Made by a program: the position numbers and the translations under genes
Shown here: positions 40,001 to 54,300 of the stretch, piece after piece
Position numbering within the stretch: the stretch's first letter is position 1
Layout: each line of letters opens with the position of its first letter
Notes under the pieces: model-generated
Seen by the model: the letters and a program-made list of their open reading frames with translations, nothing else
What the model was told of the DNA's origin: nothing
Database searches by the model: none
NCBI GenBank assembly: GCA_043228905.1
Contig: JBHGNT010000063.1
Span: 62,001 to 126,000 of the forward strand
Length of the DNA: 64,000 nt
Source: Azolla caroliniana
Taxonomy: Eukaryota > Plantae > Polypodiophyta
Direction: 5' to 3'

Positions 40001-43000
40001 TATCGGATTTTTGTGTTCACACATGCGAATCTAAGCTAACAACGCTAGCTATGATATGGAATTAAAAAATCAAGATTTTGAAACTCAAGTCGAGAGACAT
40101 GACGAAATTACCAAATTTGAGGAGTGAGTTGAGAAGAGCCCTTGAGTAAATTAAAATGTTCATACCTGGCTCGTGTGATATCGGATTTTTGTGTTCAAAC
40201 ATGCATATCGAAGCTAACGACGCGAGCTATGATATAGAATTAAAACATCAACATTTTGAAACTTAGGTCGAGAGACATGACGAAAATAGCAAACTTGAGG
40301 AGGGAGTTGAGAGGAGCCCTTGAGTAAATTAAAATGTTCATACCTCGCTCATGTGATATAGGATTTTTGTGTTCAAACATGCGAATCGAAGCTAACAAGG
40401 CTAGCTATGATATGGAATTAAAAATCAAGATTTTGAAACTCAGGTCGATAGACATGACGAAATTACCAAATTTGAGGAGGGAGTTGAGAAGAGCTCGTGA
40501 GTAAATTAAAATGTTCATACCTGGCCCATGTGATATGCGATTTTAGTGTTTAAACATGCCAATCGAAGCTAACAACAGTAGCTATGATATCGAATTAAAA
40601 AATCAAGATTTTGAAACTCAGGTCGAGAGACATGACGAAATTACCAAATTTGAGGAGGGAGTTGAGAAGAGCTCGTGAGTAAATTAAAATGTTCATACCT
40701 GGCCCATGTGATATGCAATTTTAGTGTTCAAACATGCGAGTCGAAGCTAACAACAGTAGCAATGGTATGGAATTAAAGAATCAAGATATGACGAAATTAG
40801 CAAACTTGAGGAGGGAGTTGAGAGGAGCCCTTGAGTAAATGAAAATGTTCATACGTGGCTCGTGTGATATCGGATTTTTGTGTTCAAACATGCGAATGGA
40901 AGCTAACAACGCTAGCTATGATATGGAATTAAGAAAATCAAGATTTTGAAACTCAGGTTGAGAGACATGAAGAAATTTGCGAATTAGAAGAAGGAATTGA
41001 GAAGAGCCCTAGAGTAAATTAAAATTTTCATACGTGTCCCTTGTGATAGCGGGTTTTAGTGTTCAAACATGCGAATCGAAGCTAACAAGGCTAGCTATGA
41101 TATGGAATTAAAAAATCAAGAATTTGAAACTCAGGTCGAGAGACATGACGAAAATAGCAAACCTGAGGACGGAGTTGAGACGAGCCCTTGAGTAAATTAA
41201 AATGTTCATACCTGGCTCGTGTGATATCGGAATTTTGTGTTCAAATATGCAAATCGAAGCTAACAACGCGAGCTATGATATGGAATTAAAAAATCAAGAT
41301 TTTGAAACTCAGGTCGAGAGACATCACGAAATTACCAAATTTGAGGAGTGAGTTGAGAACAGCCCTTGAGTAAATTAAAATGTTCATACCTGGCTCGTGT
41401 AATATCGGATTTTTGTGTTCAAACATGCGAATCGAAGCTAACGACGCGAGCTATGATATGGAATTAAAAAATCAAGAATTTGAAACTCAGGTCGAGAGAC
41501 ATGAAGAAATTACCAAATTTGAGGAGTGAGTTGAGAAGAGCCCTTGAGTAAATTAAAATGTTCATACCTGGCTCGTGTGATATCGAAATTTTGTGTTCAA
41601 ACATGCAAATCGAAGCTAACAACGCTAGCTATGATATGGAATTAAAAAATCAAGATTTTGAAACTGAGGTCGAGAGACATGAGGAAATTATCAAATTTGA
41701 GGAGTGAGTTGAGAACAGCCCTTGAGTAAATTAAAATGTTCATACCTGGCTCGTGTAATATCGGATTTTTGTGTTCAAACATGCGAATCGAAGCTAACAC
41801 TTCTAGCTATGATATGGAATTAAAAAATCAAGATTTTGAAACTCAGGTCGAGAGACATGACGAAATTACCAAATTTGAGGAGTGAGTTGAGAAGAGCTAG
41901 TAGGTAAATTTAAATGTTCATACCTAGCTCGTGTGATATCGGATTTTTGTGTTCAAACATGCAAATCGAAGCTAACAACGCTAGCTATGATATGGAATTA
42001 AAAATTCAAGAATTTGAACTCAGGTCGAGAGACATGACGAAAATAGCAAACTTGAGGAGGGAGTTGAGAGGAGGCCTTGAGTAAATTAAAATGTTCATAC
42101 CTGGCTCGTGTGATATCGGATTTTTGTGTTCAAACATGCAAATCGAAGCTAACAACGCTAGCTATGATATGGAATTAAAAAATCAAGATTTTGAAACTCA
42201 GGTCGAGAGACATGACGAAATTACCAAATTTGAGGAGTGAGTTGAGAAAAGGTAGTAGGTAAATTTAAATGTTCATACTTGGCTCGTGTGATATCGGATT
42301 TTTGTGTTCACACATGCGAATCTAAGCTAACAACGCTAGCTATGATATGGAATTAAAAAATCAAGATTTTGAAACTCAAGTCGAGAGACATGACGAAATT
42401 ACCAAATTTGAGGAGTGAGTTGAGAAGAGCCCTTGAGTAAATTAAAATGTTCATACCTGGCTCGTGTGATATCGGATTTTTGTGTTCAAACATGCATATC
42501 GAAGCTAACGACGCGAGCTATGATATAGAATTAAAACATCAACATTTTGAAACTTAGGTCGAGAGACATGACGAAAATAGCAAACTTGAGGAGGGAGTTG
42601 AGAGGAGCCCTTGAGTAAATTAAAATGTTCATACCTCGCTCATGTGATATAGGATTTTTGTGTTCAAACATGCGAATCGAAGCTAACAAGGCTAGCTATG
42701 ATATGGAATTAAAAATCAAGATTTTGAAACTCAGGTCGATAGACATGACGAAATTACCAAATTTGAGGAGGGAGTTGAGAAGAGCTCGTGAGTAAATTAA
42801 AATGTTCATACCTGGCCCATGTGATATGCGATTTTAGTGTTTAAACATGCCAATCGAAGCTAACAACAGTAGCTATGATATCGAATTAAAAAATCAAGAT
42901 TTTGAAACTCAGGTCGAGAGACATGACGAAATTACCAAATTTGAGGAGGGAGTTGAGAAGAGCTCGTGAGTAAATTAAAATGTTCATACCTGGCCCATGT

Positions 43001-43894
43001 GATATGCAATTTTAGTGTTCAAACATGCGAGTCGAAGCTAACAACAGTAGCAATGGTATGGAATTAAAGAATCAAGATATGACGAAATTAGCAAACTTGA
43101 GGAGGGAGTTGAGAGGAGCCCTTGAGTAAATGAAAATGTTCATACGTGGCTCGTGTGATATCGGATTTTTGTGTTCAAACATGCGAATGGAAGCTAACAA
43201 CGCTAGCTATGATATGGAATTAAGAAAATCAAGATTTTGAAACTCAGGTTGAGAGACATGAAGAAATTTGCGAATTAGAAGAAGGAATTGAGAAGAGCCC
43301 TAGAGTAAATTAAAATTTTCATACGTGTCCCTTGTGATAGCGGGTTTTAGTGTTCAAACATGCGAATCGAAGCTAACAAGGCTAGCTATGATATGGAATT
43401 AAAAAATCAAGAATTTGAAACTCAGGTCGAGAGACATGACGAAAATAGCAAACCTGAGGACGGAGTTGAGACGAGCCCTTGAGTAAATTAAAATGTTCAT
43501 ACCTGGCTCGTGTGATATCGGAATTTTGTGTTCAAATATGCAAATCGAAGCTAACAACGCGAGCTATGATATGGAATTAAAAAATCAAGATTTTGAAACT
43601 CAGGTCGAGAGACATCACGAAATTACCAAATTTGAGGAGTGAGTTGAGAACAGCCCTTGAGTAAATTAAAATGTTCATACCTGGCTCGTGTAATATCGGA
43701 TTTTTGTGTTCAAACATGCGAATCGAAGCTAACAACGCGAGCTATGATATGGAATTAAAAAATCAAGAATTTGAAACTCAGGTCGAGAGACATGAAGAAA
43801 TTACCAAATTTGAGGAGTGAGTTGAGAAGAGCCCTTGAGTAAATTAAAATGTTCATACCTGGCTCGTGTGATATCGGATTTTTGTGTTCAAACA
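37022..43894. repeat. 13-mer HOR (2291 bp), three copies, each carrying the diverged cassette
   Basis: The deletion junction CAAGAT|ATGACG is at 38491, 40782 and 43073 (2291=13x178-23). Units start at 37022, 39313 and 41604. Confidence 0.95.
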
Positions 43895-46342
43895 TGCAAA
43901 TCGAAGCTAACAAGGCTAGCTATGATATGGAATTAACACATCAACATTTTGAAACTTAGGTCGAGAGACATGACGAAAATAGCAAACTTGAGGAGGGAGT
44001 TGAGAGGAGCCCTTGAGTAAATTAAAATGTTCATACCTCGCTCATGTGATATAGGATTTTTGTGTTCAAACATGCGAATCGAAGCTAACAAGGCTAGCTA
44101 TGATATGGAATTAAAAATCAAGATTTTGAAACTCAGGTCGATAGACATGACGAAATTACCAAATTTGAGGAGGGAGTTGAGAAGAGCTCGTGAGTAAATT
44201 AAAATGTTCATACCTGGCCCATGTGATATGCGATTTTAGTGTTTAAACATGCCAATCGAAGCTAACAACAGTAGCTATGATATCGAATTAAAAAATCAAG
44301 ATTTTGAAACTCAGGTCGAGAGACATGACGAAATTACCAAATTTGAGGAGGGAGTTGAGAAGAGCTCGTGAGTAAATTAAAATGTTCATACCTGGCCCAT
44401 GTGATATGCAATTTTAGTGTTCAAACATGCGAGTCGAAGCTAACAACAGTAGCAATGGTATGGAATTAAAGAATCAAGATATGACGAAATTAGCAAACTT
44501 GAGGAGGGAGTTGAGAGGAGCCCTTGAGTAAATGAAAATGTTCATACGTGGCTCGTGTGATATCGGATTTTTGTGTTCAAACATGCGAATGGAAGCTAAC
44601 AACGCTAGCTATGATATGGAATTAAGAAAATCAAGATTTTGAAACTCAGGTTGAGAGACATGAAGAAATTCGCGAATTAGAGGAAGGAATTGAGAAGAGC
44701 CCGAGAGTAAATTAAAAGTTTCATACGTGTCCCTTGTGATAGCGGGTTTTAGTGTTCAAACATGCGAATCGAAGCTAACAAGGCTAGCTATGATATGGAA
44801 TTAAAAAATCAAGAATTTGAAACTCAGGTCGAGAGACATGACGAAAATAGCAAACCTGAGGACGGAGTTGAGAGGAGCCCTTGAGTAAATTAAAATGTTC
44901 ATACCTGGCTCGTGTGATATCGGATTTTTGTGTTCAAACATGCGAATCGAAGCTAACGACGCTAGCTATGATATGGAATTAAAAAATCAAGAATTTGAAA
45001 CTCAGGTCGAGAGACATGACGAAATTACCAAATTTGAGGAGTGAGTTGAGAAGAGCCCTTGAGTAAATTAAAATGTTCATACCTGGCGCGTGTGATATCG
45101 GATTTTTGTGTTCAAACATGCAAATCGAAGCTAACAACGCTAGTTATGATAGGGAATTAAAAAATCAAGATTTTGAAACTCAGGTCTAGAGACATGACGA
45201 AAATAGCAAACTTGAGGACGGAGTTGAGAGGAGCGCGTGAGTAAATTAAAATGTTCATAATTTTCTTGTGTGATATCGGATTTTTGTGTTCAAACATGCG
45301 AATCGAAGCTAACAAGGCTAGCTATGATGTGGAATTAAAAAATCAACATTTTGAAACTTAGGTCGAGAGACATGACGAAAATAGCAAACTTGAGGAGGGA
45401 GTTGAGAGGAGCCCTTGAGTAAATTAAAATGTTCATACCTCGCTCATGTGATATAGGATTTTTGTGTTCAAACATGCGAATCGAAGCTAACAAGGCTAGC
45501 TATGATATGGAATTAAAAATCAAGATTTTGAAACTCAGGTCGATAGACATGACGAAATTACCAAATTTGAGGAGGGAGTTGAGAAGAGCTCGTGAGTAAA
45601 TTAAAATGTTCATACCTGGCCCATGTGATATGCGATTTTAGTGTTCAAACATGCCAATCGAAGCTAACAACAGTAGCTATGATATCGAATTAAGAAATCA
45701 AGATTTTGAAACTCAGGTCGAGAGACATGACGAAATTACCAAATTTGAGGAGGGAGTTGAGAAGAGCTCGTGAGTAAATTAAAATGTTCATACCTGGCCC
45801 ATGTGATATGCAATTTTAGTGTTCAAACATGCGAATCGAAGCTAACAACAGTAGCAATGGTATGGAATTAAAGAATCAAGATATGACGAAATTAGCAAAC
45901 TTGAGGAGGGAGTTGAGAGGAGCCCTTGAGTAAATGAAAATGTTCATACGTGGCTCGTGTGATATCGGATTTTTGTGTTCAAACATGCGAATGGAAGCTA
46001 ACAAGGCTAGCTATGATATGGAATTAAGAAAATCAAGATTTTGAAACTCAGGTGGAGAGACATGAAGAAATTCGCGAATTAGAAGAAGGAATTGAGAAGA
46101 GCCCGAGAGTAAATTAAAATTTTCATACGTGTCCCTTGTGATATCGGGTTTTAGTGTTCAAACATGCGAATCGAAGCTAACAAGGCTAGCTATGATATGG
46201 AATTAAAAAATCAAGAATTTGAAACTCAGGTCGAGAGACATGACGAAAATAGCAAACCTGAGGACGGAGTTGAGAGGAGCCCTTGAGTAAATTAAAATGT
46301 TCATACCTGGCTCGTGTGATATCGGATTTTTGTGTTCAAACA
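43895..46342. repeat. Two further copies of the diverged cassette at 8-mer spacing (1402 bp)
   Basis: The same deletion junction is at 44475 and 45877 (1402=8x178-22). These copies differ more from each other than the 13-mer copies do. Confidence 0.92.
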
Positions 46343-49300
46343 TGTGAATCGAAGCTAACGACGCTAGCTATGATATAGAATTAAAAAATGAAGAATTTGA
46401 AACTCAGGTCGAGAGACATGACGAAATTACCACATTTGAGGAGTGAGTTGAGAAGAGCCCTTGAGTAAATTAAAATGTTCATACCTGGCTCGTGTGATAT
46501 CGGATTTTTGTGTTCAAACATGTGAATCGAAGCTAACGACGCTAGCTATGATATAGAATTAAAAAATGAAGAATTTGAAACTCAGGTCGAGAGACATGAC
46601 GAAATTACCACATTTGAGGAGTGAGTTGAGAAGAGCCCTTGAGTAAATTAAAATGTTCATACCTGGCTCGTGTGATAGCGGGTTTTTGTGTTCAAACATG
46701 CAAATCGAAGCTAACAACGCTAGCTATGATATGGAATTAAAAAATCAAGATTTTGAAACTCAGGTCGAGCGACATGACGAAAATAGCAAACTTGAGGAGG
46801 GAGTTGAGAGGAGCCCTTGAGTAAATTAAAATGTTCATACCTGGCTCGTGTGATATCGGATTTTTGTGTTCAAACATGCAAATCGAAGCTAACAACGCTA
46901 GCTATGATATGGAATTAAAAAATCAAGATTTTGAAACTCAGGTCGAGAGACATGATGAAATTACCAAATTTGAGGAGTGAGTTGAGAAGAGCTAGTAGGT
47001 AAATTTAAATGTTCATACTTGGCTCGTGTGATATCGGATTTTTGTGTTCAAACATGCGAATCGAAGCTAACAACGCTAGCTATGATATGGAATTAAAAAA
47101 TCAAGATTTTGAAACTCAAGTCGAGAGACATGACGAAATTACCAAATTTGAGGAGTGAGTTGAGAAGAGCCCTTGAGTAAATTAAAATGTTCATACCTGG
47201 CTTGTGTGATATCGGAATTTTGTGTTCAAACATGCAAATCGAAGCTAACAACGCGAGCTACGATATGGAATTAAAAAATCAAGATTTTGAAACTCAGGTC
47301 GAGAGACATCACGAAATTACCAAATTTGAGGAGGGAGTTGAGAGGAGCCCTTGAGTAAATTAAAATGTTCATACCTGGCTCGTGTGATATCGGATTTTTG
47401 TGTTCAAACATGCAAATCGAAGCTAACAACGCTAGCTATGATATGGAATTAAAAAATCAAGATTTTGAAACTCAGGTCGAGAGACATGACGAAATTACCA
47501 AATTTGAGGAGTGAGTTGAGAAGAGCTAGTAAGTAAATTTAAATGTTCATACTTGGCTCGTGTGATATTGGATTTTTGTGTTCAAACATGCGAATCGAAG
47601 CTAACAACGATAGCTATGATATGGAATTAAAAAATCAAGATTTTGAAACTCAAGTCGAGAGACATGACAAAATTACCAAGTTTGAGGAGTGAGTTGAGAA
47701 GAGCCCTTGAGTAAATTAAAATGTTCATACCTGGCTCGTGTGATATCGGAATTTTGTGTTCAAACATGCAAATCGAAGCTAACAACGCTAGGTATGATAT
47801 GGAATTAAAAAATCAAGATTTTGAAACTCAAGTCGAGAGACATGACGAAATTACCAAATTTGAGGAGTGAGTTGAGAAGAGCCCTTGAGTAAATTAAAAT
47901 GTTCATACCTGGCTCGTGTGATATCGGATTTTTGTGTTCAAACATGCAAATCGAAGCTAACAACGCTAGCGATGATATGGAATTAAAAAATCAAGATTTT
48001 GAAACTCAGGTCGAGAGACGTGACGAAATTACCAAATTTGAGGAGTGAGTTGAGAACAGCCCTTGAGTAAATTAAAATGTTCATACATGGGTCGTGTAAT
48101 ATCGGATTTTTGTGTTCAAACATGCGAATCGAAGCTAACACTTCTAGCTATGATATGGAATTAAAAAACCAAGATTTTGAAACTCAGGTCGAGAGACATG
48201 ACGAAATTACCAAATCTGAGGAGTAAGTTCAGAACAGCCCATGAGTAAATTAAAATGTTCATACCTGGCTCGTGTGATATCGGATTTTTGTGTTCAAACA
48301 TGCAAATCGAAGCTAACAACGCTAGCTATGATATGGAATTAAAAAATCAAGATTTTGAAACTCAGGTCGAGAGACATGACGAAATTACCAAATTTGAGGA
48401 GTGAGTTGAGAAGAGCTAGTAAGTAAATTTAAATGTTCATACTTGGCTCGTGTGATATTGGATTTTTGTGTTCAAACATGCGAATCGAAGCTAACAACGA
48501 TAGCTATGATATGGAATTAAAAAATCAAGATTTTGAAACTCAGGTCGAGAGACATGACGAAAATAGCAAACCTGAGGACGGAGTTGAGAGGAGCCCTTGA
48601 GTAAATTAAAATGTTCATACCTGGCTCGTGTGATATCGGATTTTTGTGTTCAAACATGTGAATCGAAGCTAACGACGCTAGCTATGATATAGAATTAAAA
48701 AATGAAGAATTTGAAACTCAGGTCGAGAGACATGACGAAATTACCACATTTGAGGAGTGAGTTGAGAAGAGCCCTTGAGTAAATTAAAATGTTCATACCT
48801 GGCTCGTGTGATATCGGATTTTTGTGTTCAAACATGTGAATCGAAGCTAACGACGCTAGCTATGATATAGAATTAAAAAATGAAGAATTTGAAACTCAGG
48901 TCGAGAGACATGACGAAATTACCACATTTGAGGAGTGAGTTGAGAAGAGCCCTTGAGTAAATTAAAATGTTCATACCTGGCTCGTGTGATAGCGGGTTTT
49001 TGTGTTCAAACATGCAAATCGAAGCTAACAACGCTAGCTATGATATGGAATTAAAAAATCAAGATTTTGAAACTCAGGTCGAGCGACATGACGAAAATAG
49101 CAAACTTGAGGAGGGAGTTGAGAGGAGCCCTTGAGTAAATTAAAATGTTCATACCTGGCTCGTGTGATATCGGATTTTTGTGTTCAAACATGCAAATCGA
49201 AGCTAACAACGCTAGCTATGATATGGAATTAAAAAATCAAGATTTTGAAACTCAGGTCGAGAGACATGATGAAATTACCAAATTTGAGGAGTGAGTTGAG

Positions 49301-50090
49301 AAGAGCTAGTAGGTAAATTTAAATGTTCATACTTGGCTCGTGTGATATCGGATTTTTGTGTTCAAACATGCGAATCGAAGCTAACAACGCTAGCTATGAT
49401 ATGGAATTAAAAAATCAAGATTTTGAAACTCAAGTCGAGAGACATGACGAAATTACCAAATTTGAGGAGTGAGTTGAGAAGAGCCCTTGAGTAAATTAAA
49501 ATGTTCATACCTGGCTTGTGTGATATCGGAATTTTGTGTTCAAACATGCAAATCGAAGCTAACAACGCGAGCTACGATATGGAATTAAAAAATCAAGATT
49601 TTGAAACTCAGGTCGAGAGACATCACGAAATTACCAAATTTGAGGAGGGAGTTGAGAGGAGCCCTTGAGTAAATTAAAATGTTCATACCTGGCTCGTGTG
49701 ATATCGGATTTTTGTGTTCAAACATGCAAATCGAAGCTAACAACGCTAGCTATGATATGGAATTAAAAAATCAAGATTTTGAAACTCAGGTCGAGAGACA
49801 TGACGAAATTACCAAATTTGAGGAGTGAGTTGAGAAGAGCTAGTAAGTAAATTTAAATGTTCATACTTGGCTCGTGTGATATTGGATTTTTGTGTTCAAA
49901 CATGCGAATCGAAGCTAACAACGATAGCTATGATATGGAATTAAAAAATCAAGATTTTGAAACTCAAGTCGAGAGACATGACAAAATTACCAAGTTTGAG
50001 GAGTGAGTTGAGAAGAGCCCTTGAGTAAATTAAAATGTTCATACCTGGCTCGTGTGATATCGGAATTTTGTGTTCAAACATGCAAATCGA
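46240..50090. repeat. Duplication with 13-mer offset (2314 bp), about 9 monomers shared, containing a single-monomer duplication
   Basis: The CATGTGAATC/ATGAAGAATTT/CCACATTT monomer pair is at 46341+46519 and again at 48655+48833. GAGCGAC is at 46767 and 49081. Confidence 0.88.
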
Positions 50091-51326
50091 AGCTAACAAC
50101 GCGAGCTATGACATGGAATTAAAAAATCAAGATTTTGAAACTCAGGTCGAGAGACATGACGAAATTACCAAATTTGAGGAGTGAGTTGAGAACAGCCGTT
50201 GAGTAAATTAAAATGTTCATACCTGGCTCGTGTAATATCGGATTTTTGTGTTCAAACATGCGAATCGAAGCTAACGACGCGAGCTATGATATGGAATTAA
50301 AAAATCAAGAATTTGAAACTCAGGTCGAGAGACATGACGAAATTACCAAATTTGAGGAGTGAGTTGAGAACAGCCCTTGAGTAAATTAAAATGTTCATAC
50401 CTGGCTCGTGTGATATCGGACATTTGTGTTCAAACATGCAAATCGAAGCTAACAACGCTAGCTATGATATGGAATTAAAAAATCAAGATTTTGAAACTCA
50501 AGTCCAGAGACATGACGAAAATAGCAAACTTGAGGAGGGAGTTGAGAGGAGCCCTTGAGTTAATTAAAATGTTCATACCTGGCTCGTGTGATATCGGAAT
50601 TTTGTGTTCAAACATGCAAATCGAAGCTAACAACGCTAGCTATGATATGGAATTAAAAAATCAAGATTTTGAAACTCAGGTCGAGAGACATGACGAAATT
50701 ACCAAATTTGAGGAGTGAGTTGAGAACAGCCCTTGAGTAAATTAAAATGTTCATACCTGGCTCATGTAATATCGGATTTTTGTGTTCAAACATGCGAATC
50801 GAAGCTAACACTTCTAGCTATGATATGGAATTAAAAAATCAAGATTTTGAAACTCAGGTCGAGAGACTTGACGAAATTACCAAATCTGAGGAGTGAGTTC
50901 AGAACAGCCCTTGAGTAAATTAAAATGTTCATACCTGGCTCGTGTGATATCGGATTTTTGTGTTCAAACATGCAAATCGAAGCTAACAACGCTAGCTATG
51001 ATATGGAATTAAAAAATCAAGAATTTGAAACTCAGGTCGAGAGACATGACGAAATTACCAAATCTGAGGAGTGAGTTCAGAACAGCCCTTGAGTAAATTA
51101 AAATGTTCATACCTGGCTCGTGTAATATCGGATTTTTGTGTTCAAACATGCAAATCGAAGCTAACAACGCTAGGTATGATATGGAATTAAAAAATCAAGA
51201 TTTTGAAACTCAGGTCAAGAGACATGACGAAATTACCAAATTTGAGGAGTGAGTTGAGAAGAGCTAGTAAGTAAATTTAAATGTTCATACTTGGCTCGTG
51301 TGATATTGGATTTTTGTGTTCAAACA

Positions 51327-54300
51327 TGCGAATCGAAGCTAACAACGATAGCTATGATATGGAATTAAAAAATCAAGATTTTGAAACTCAAGTCGAGAGA
51401 CATGACGAAATTACCAAGTTTGAGGAGTGAGTTGAGAAGAGCCCTTGAGTAAATTAAAATGTTCATACCTGGCTCGTGTGATATCGGAATTTTGTGTTCA
51501 AACATGCAAATCGAAGCTAACAACGCGAGCTATGACATGGAATTAAAAAATCAAGATTTTGAAACTCAGGTCGAGAGACATGACGAAATTACCAAATTTG
51601 AGGAGTGAGTTGAGAACAGCCGTTGAGTAAATTAAAATGTTCATACCTGGCTCGTGTAATATCGGATTTTTGTGTTCAAACATGCGAATCGAAGCTAACG
51701 ACGCGAGCTATGATATGGAATTAAAAAATCAAGAATTTGAAACTCAGGTCGAGAGACATGACGAAATTACCAAATTTGAGGAGTGAGTTGAGAACAGCCC
51801 TTGAGTAAATTAAAATGTTCATACCTGGCTCGTGTGATATCGGACATTTGTGTTCAAACATGCAAATCGAAGCTAACAACGCTAGCTATGATATGGAATT
51901 AAAAAATCAAGATTTTGAAACTCAAGTCCAGAGACATGACGAAAATAGCAAACTTGAGGAGGGAGTTGAGAGGAGCCCTTGAGTTAATTAAAATGTTCAT
52001 ACCTGGCTCATGTGATATCAGATTTTTGTGTTCAAACATGCGAATCGAAGCTAACACTTCTAGCTATGAGATGGAATTAAAAAATCAAGATTTTGAAACT
52101 CAGGTCGAGAGACTTGACGAAATTACCAAATCTGAGGAGTGAGTTCAGAACAGCCCTTGAGTAAATTAAAATGTTCATACCTGGCTCGTGTGATATCGGA
52201 ATTTTGTGTTCAAACATGCAAATCGAAGCTAACAACGCTAGCTATGATATGGAATTAAAAAATCAAGATTTTGAAACTCAGGTCGAGAGACATGACGAAA
52301 TTACCAAATCTGAGGAGTGAGTTCAGAACAGCCCTTGAGTAAATTAAAATGTTCATACCTGGCTCGTGTGATATCGGATTTTTGTGTTCAAACATGCAAA
52401 TCGAAGCTAACAACGCTAGGTATGATATGGAATTAAAAAATCAAGATTTTGAAACTCAAGTCGAGAGACATGACGAAATTACCAAATTTGAGGAGTGAGT
52501 TGAGAAGAGCCCTTGAGTAAATTAAAATGTTCATACCTGGCTCGTGTGATATCGGAATTTTGTGTTCAAACATGCAAATCGAAGCTAACAACGCTAGCGA
52601 TGATATGGAATTAAAAAATCAAGATTTTGAAACTCAGGTCGAGAGACGTGACGAAATTACCAAATTTGAGGAGTGAGTTGAGAACAGCCCTTGAGTAAAT
52701 TAAAATGTTCATACATGGGTCGTGTAATATCGGATTTTTGTGTTCAAACATGCGAATCGAAGCTAACACTTCTAGCTATGATATGGAATTAAAAAACCAA
52801 GATTTTGAAACTCAGGTCGAGAGACATGACGAAATTACCAAATCTGAGGAGTAAGTTCAGAACAGCCCATGAGTAAATTAAAATGTTCATACCTGGCTCG
52901 TGTGATATCGGATTTTTGTGTTCAAACATGCAAATCGAAGCTAACAACGCTAGCTATGATATGGAATTAAAAAATCAAGATTTTGAAACTCAGGTCGAGA
53001 GACATGACGAAATTACCAAATTTGAGGAGTGAGTTGAGAAGAGCCCTTGAGTAAATTAAAATGTTCATACCTGGCTCGTGTAATATCGGATTTTTGTGTT
53101 CAAACATGCAAATCGAAGCTAACAACGCTAGGTATGATATGGAATTAAAAAATCAAGATTTCGAAACTCAGGTCAAGAGACATGACGAAATTACCAAATT
53201 TGAGGAGTGAGTTGAGAAGAGCTAGTAAGTAAATTTAAATGTTCATACTTGGCTCGTGTGATATTGGATTTTTGTGTTCAAACATGCGAATCGAAGCTAA
53301 CAACGATAGCTATGATATGGAATTAAAAAATCAAGATTTTGAAACTCAAGTCGAGAGACATGACGAAATTACCAAGTTTGAGGAGTGAGTTGAGAAGAGC
53401 CCTTGAGTAAATTAAAATGTTCATACCTGGCTCGTGTGATATCGGAATTTTGTGTTCAAACATGCAAATCGAAGCCAACAACGCGAGCTATGACATGGAA
53501 TTAAAAAATCAATATTTTGAAACTCAGGTCGAGAGACATGACGAAATTACCAAATTTGAGGAGTGAGTTGAGAACAGCCGTTGAGTAAATTAAAATGTTC
53601 ATACCTGGCTCGTGTAATATCGGATTTTTGTGTTCAAACATGCGAATCGAAGCTAACGACGCGAGCTATGATATGGAATTAAAAAATCAAGAATTTGAAA
53701 CTCAGGTCGAGAGACATGACGAAATTACCAAATTTGAGGAGTGAGTTGAGAACAGCCCTTGAGTAAATTAAAATGTTCATACCTGGCTCGTGTGATATCG
53801 GACATTTGTGTTCAAACATGCAAATCGAAGCTAACAACGCTAGCTATGATATGGAATTAAAAAATCAAGATTTTGAAACTCAAGTCCAGAGACATGACGA
53901 AAATAGCAAACTTGAGGAGGGAGTTGAGAGGAGCCCTTGAGTTAATTAAAATGTTCATACCTGGCTCATGTGATATCAGATTTTTGTGTTCAAACATGCG
54001 AATCGAAGCTAACACTTCTAGCTATGAGATGGAATTAAAAAATCAAGATTTTGAAACTCAGGTCGAGAGACTTGACGAAATTACCAAATCTGAGGAGTGA
54101 GTTCAGAACAGCCCTTGAGTAAATTAAAATGTTCATACCTGGCTCGTGTGATATCGGAATTTTGTGTTCAAACATGCAAATCGAAGCTAACAACGCTAGC
54201 TATGATATGGAATTAAAAAATCAAGATTTTGAAACTCAGGTCGAGAGACATGACGAAATTACCAAATCTGAGGAGTGAGTTCAGAACAGCCCTTGAGTAA

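Noticed and set aside
37911-46342. Transposon or foreign insertion explaining the diverged region
   Set aside because: All of it aligns to the satellite consensus in register. There are no terminal repeats, target-site duplications or foreign sequence.
14419-50090. HOR sizes 3, 5, 8 and 13 resembling a Fibonacci series or an encoded pattern
   Set aside because: Additive sizes follow naturally from nested duplication and fusion of modules (13=8+5), and sizes 4, 10, 11, 22 and 24 do not fit.
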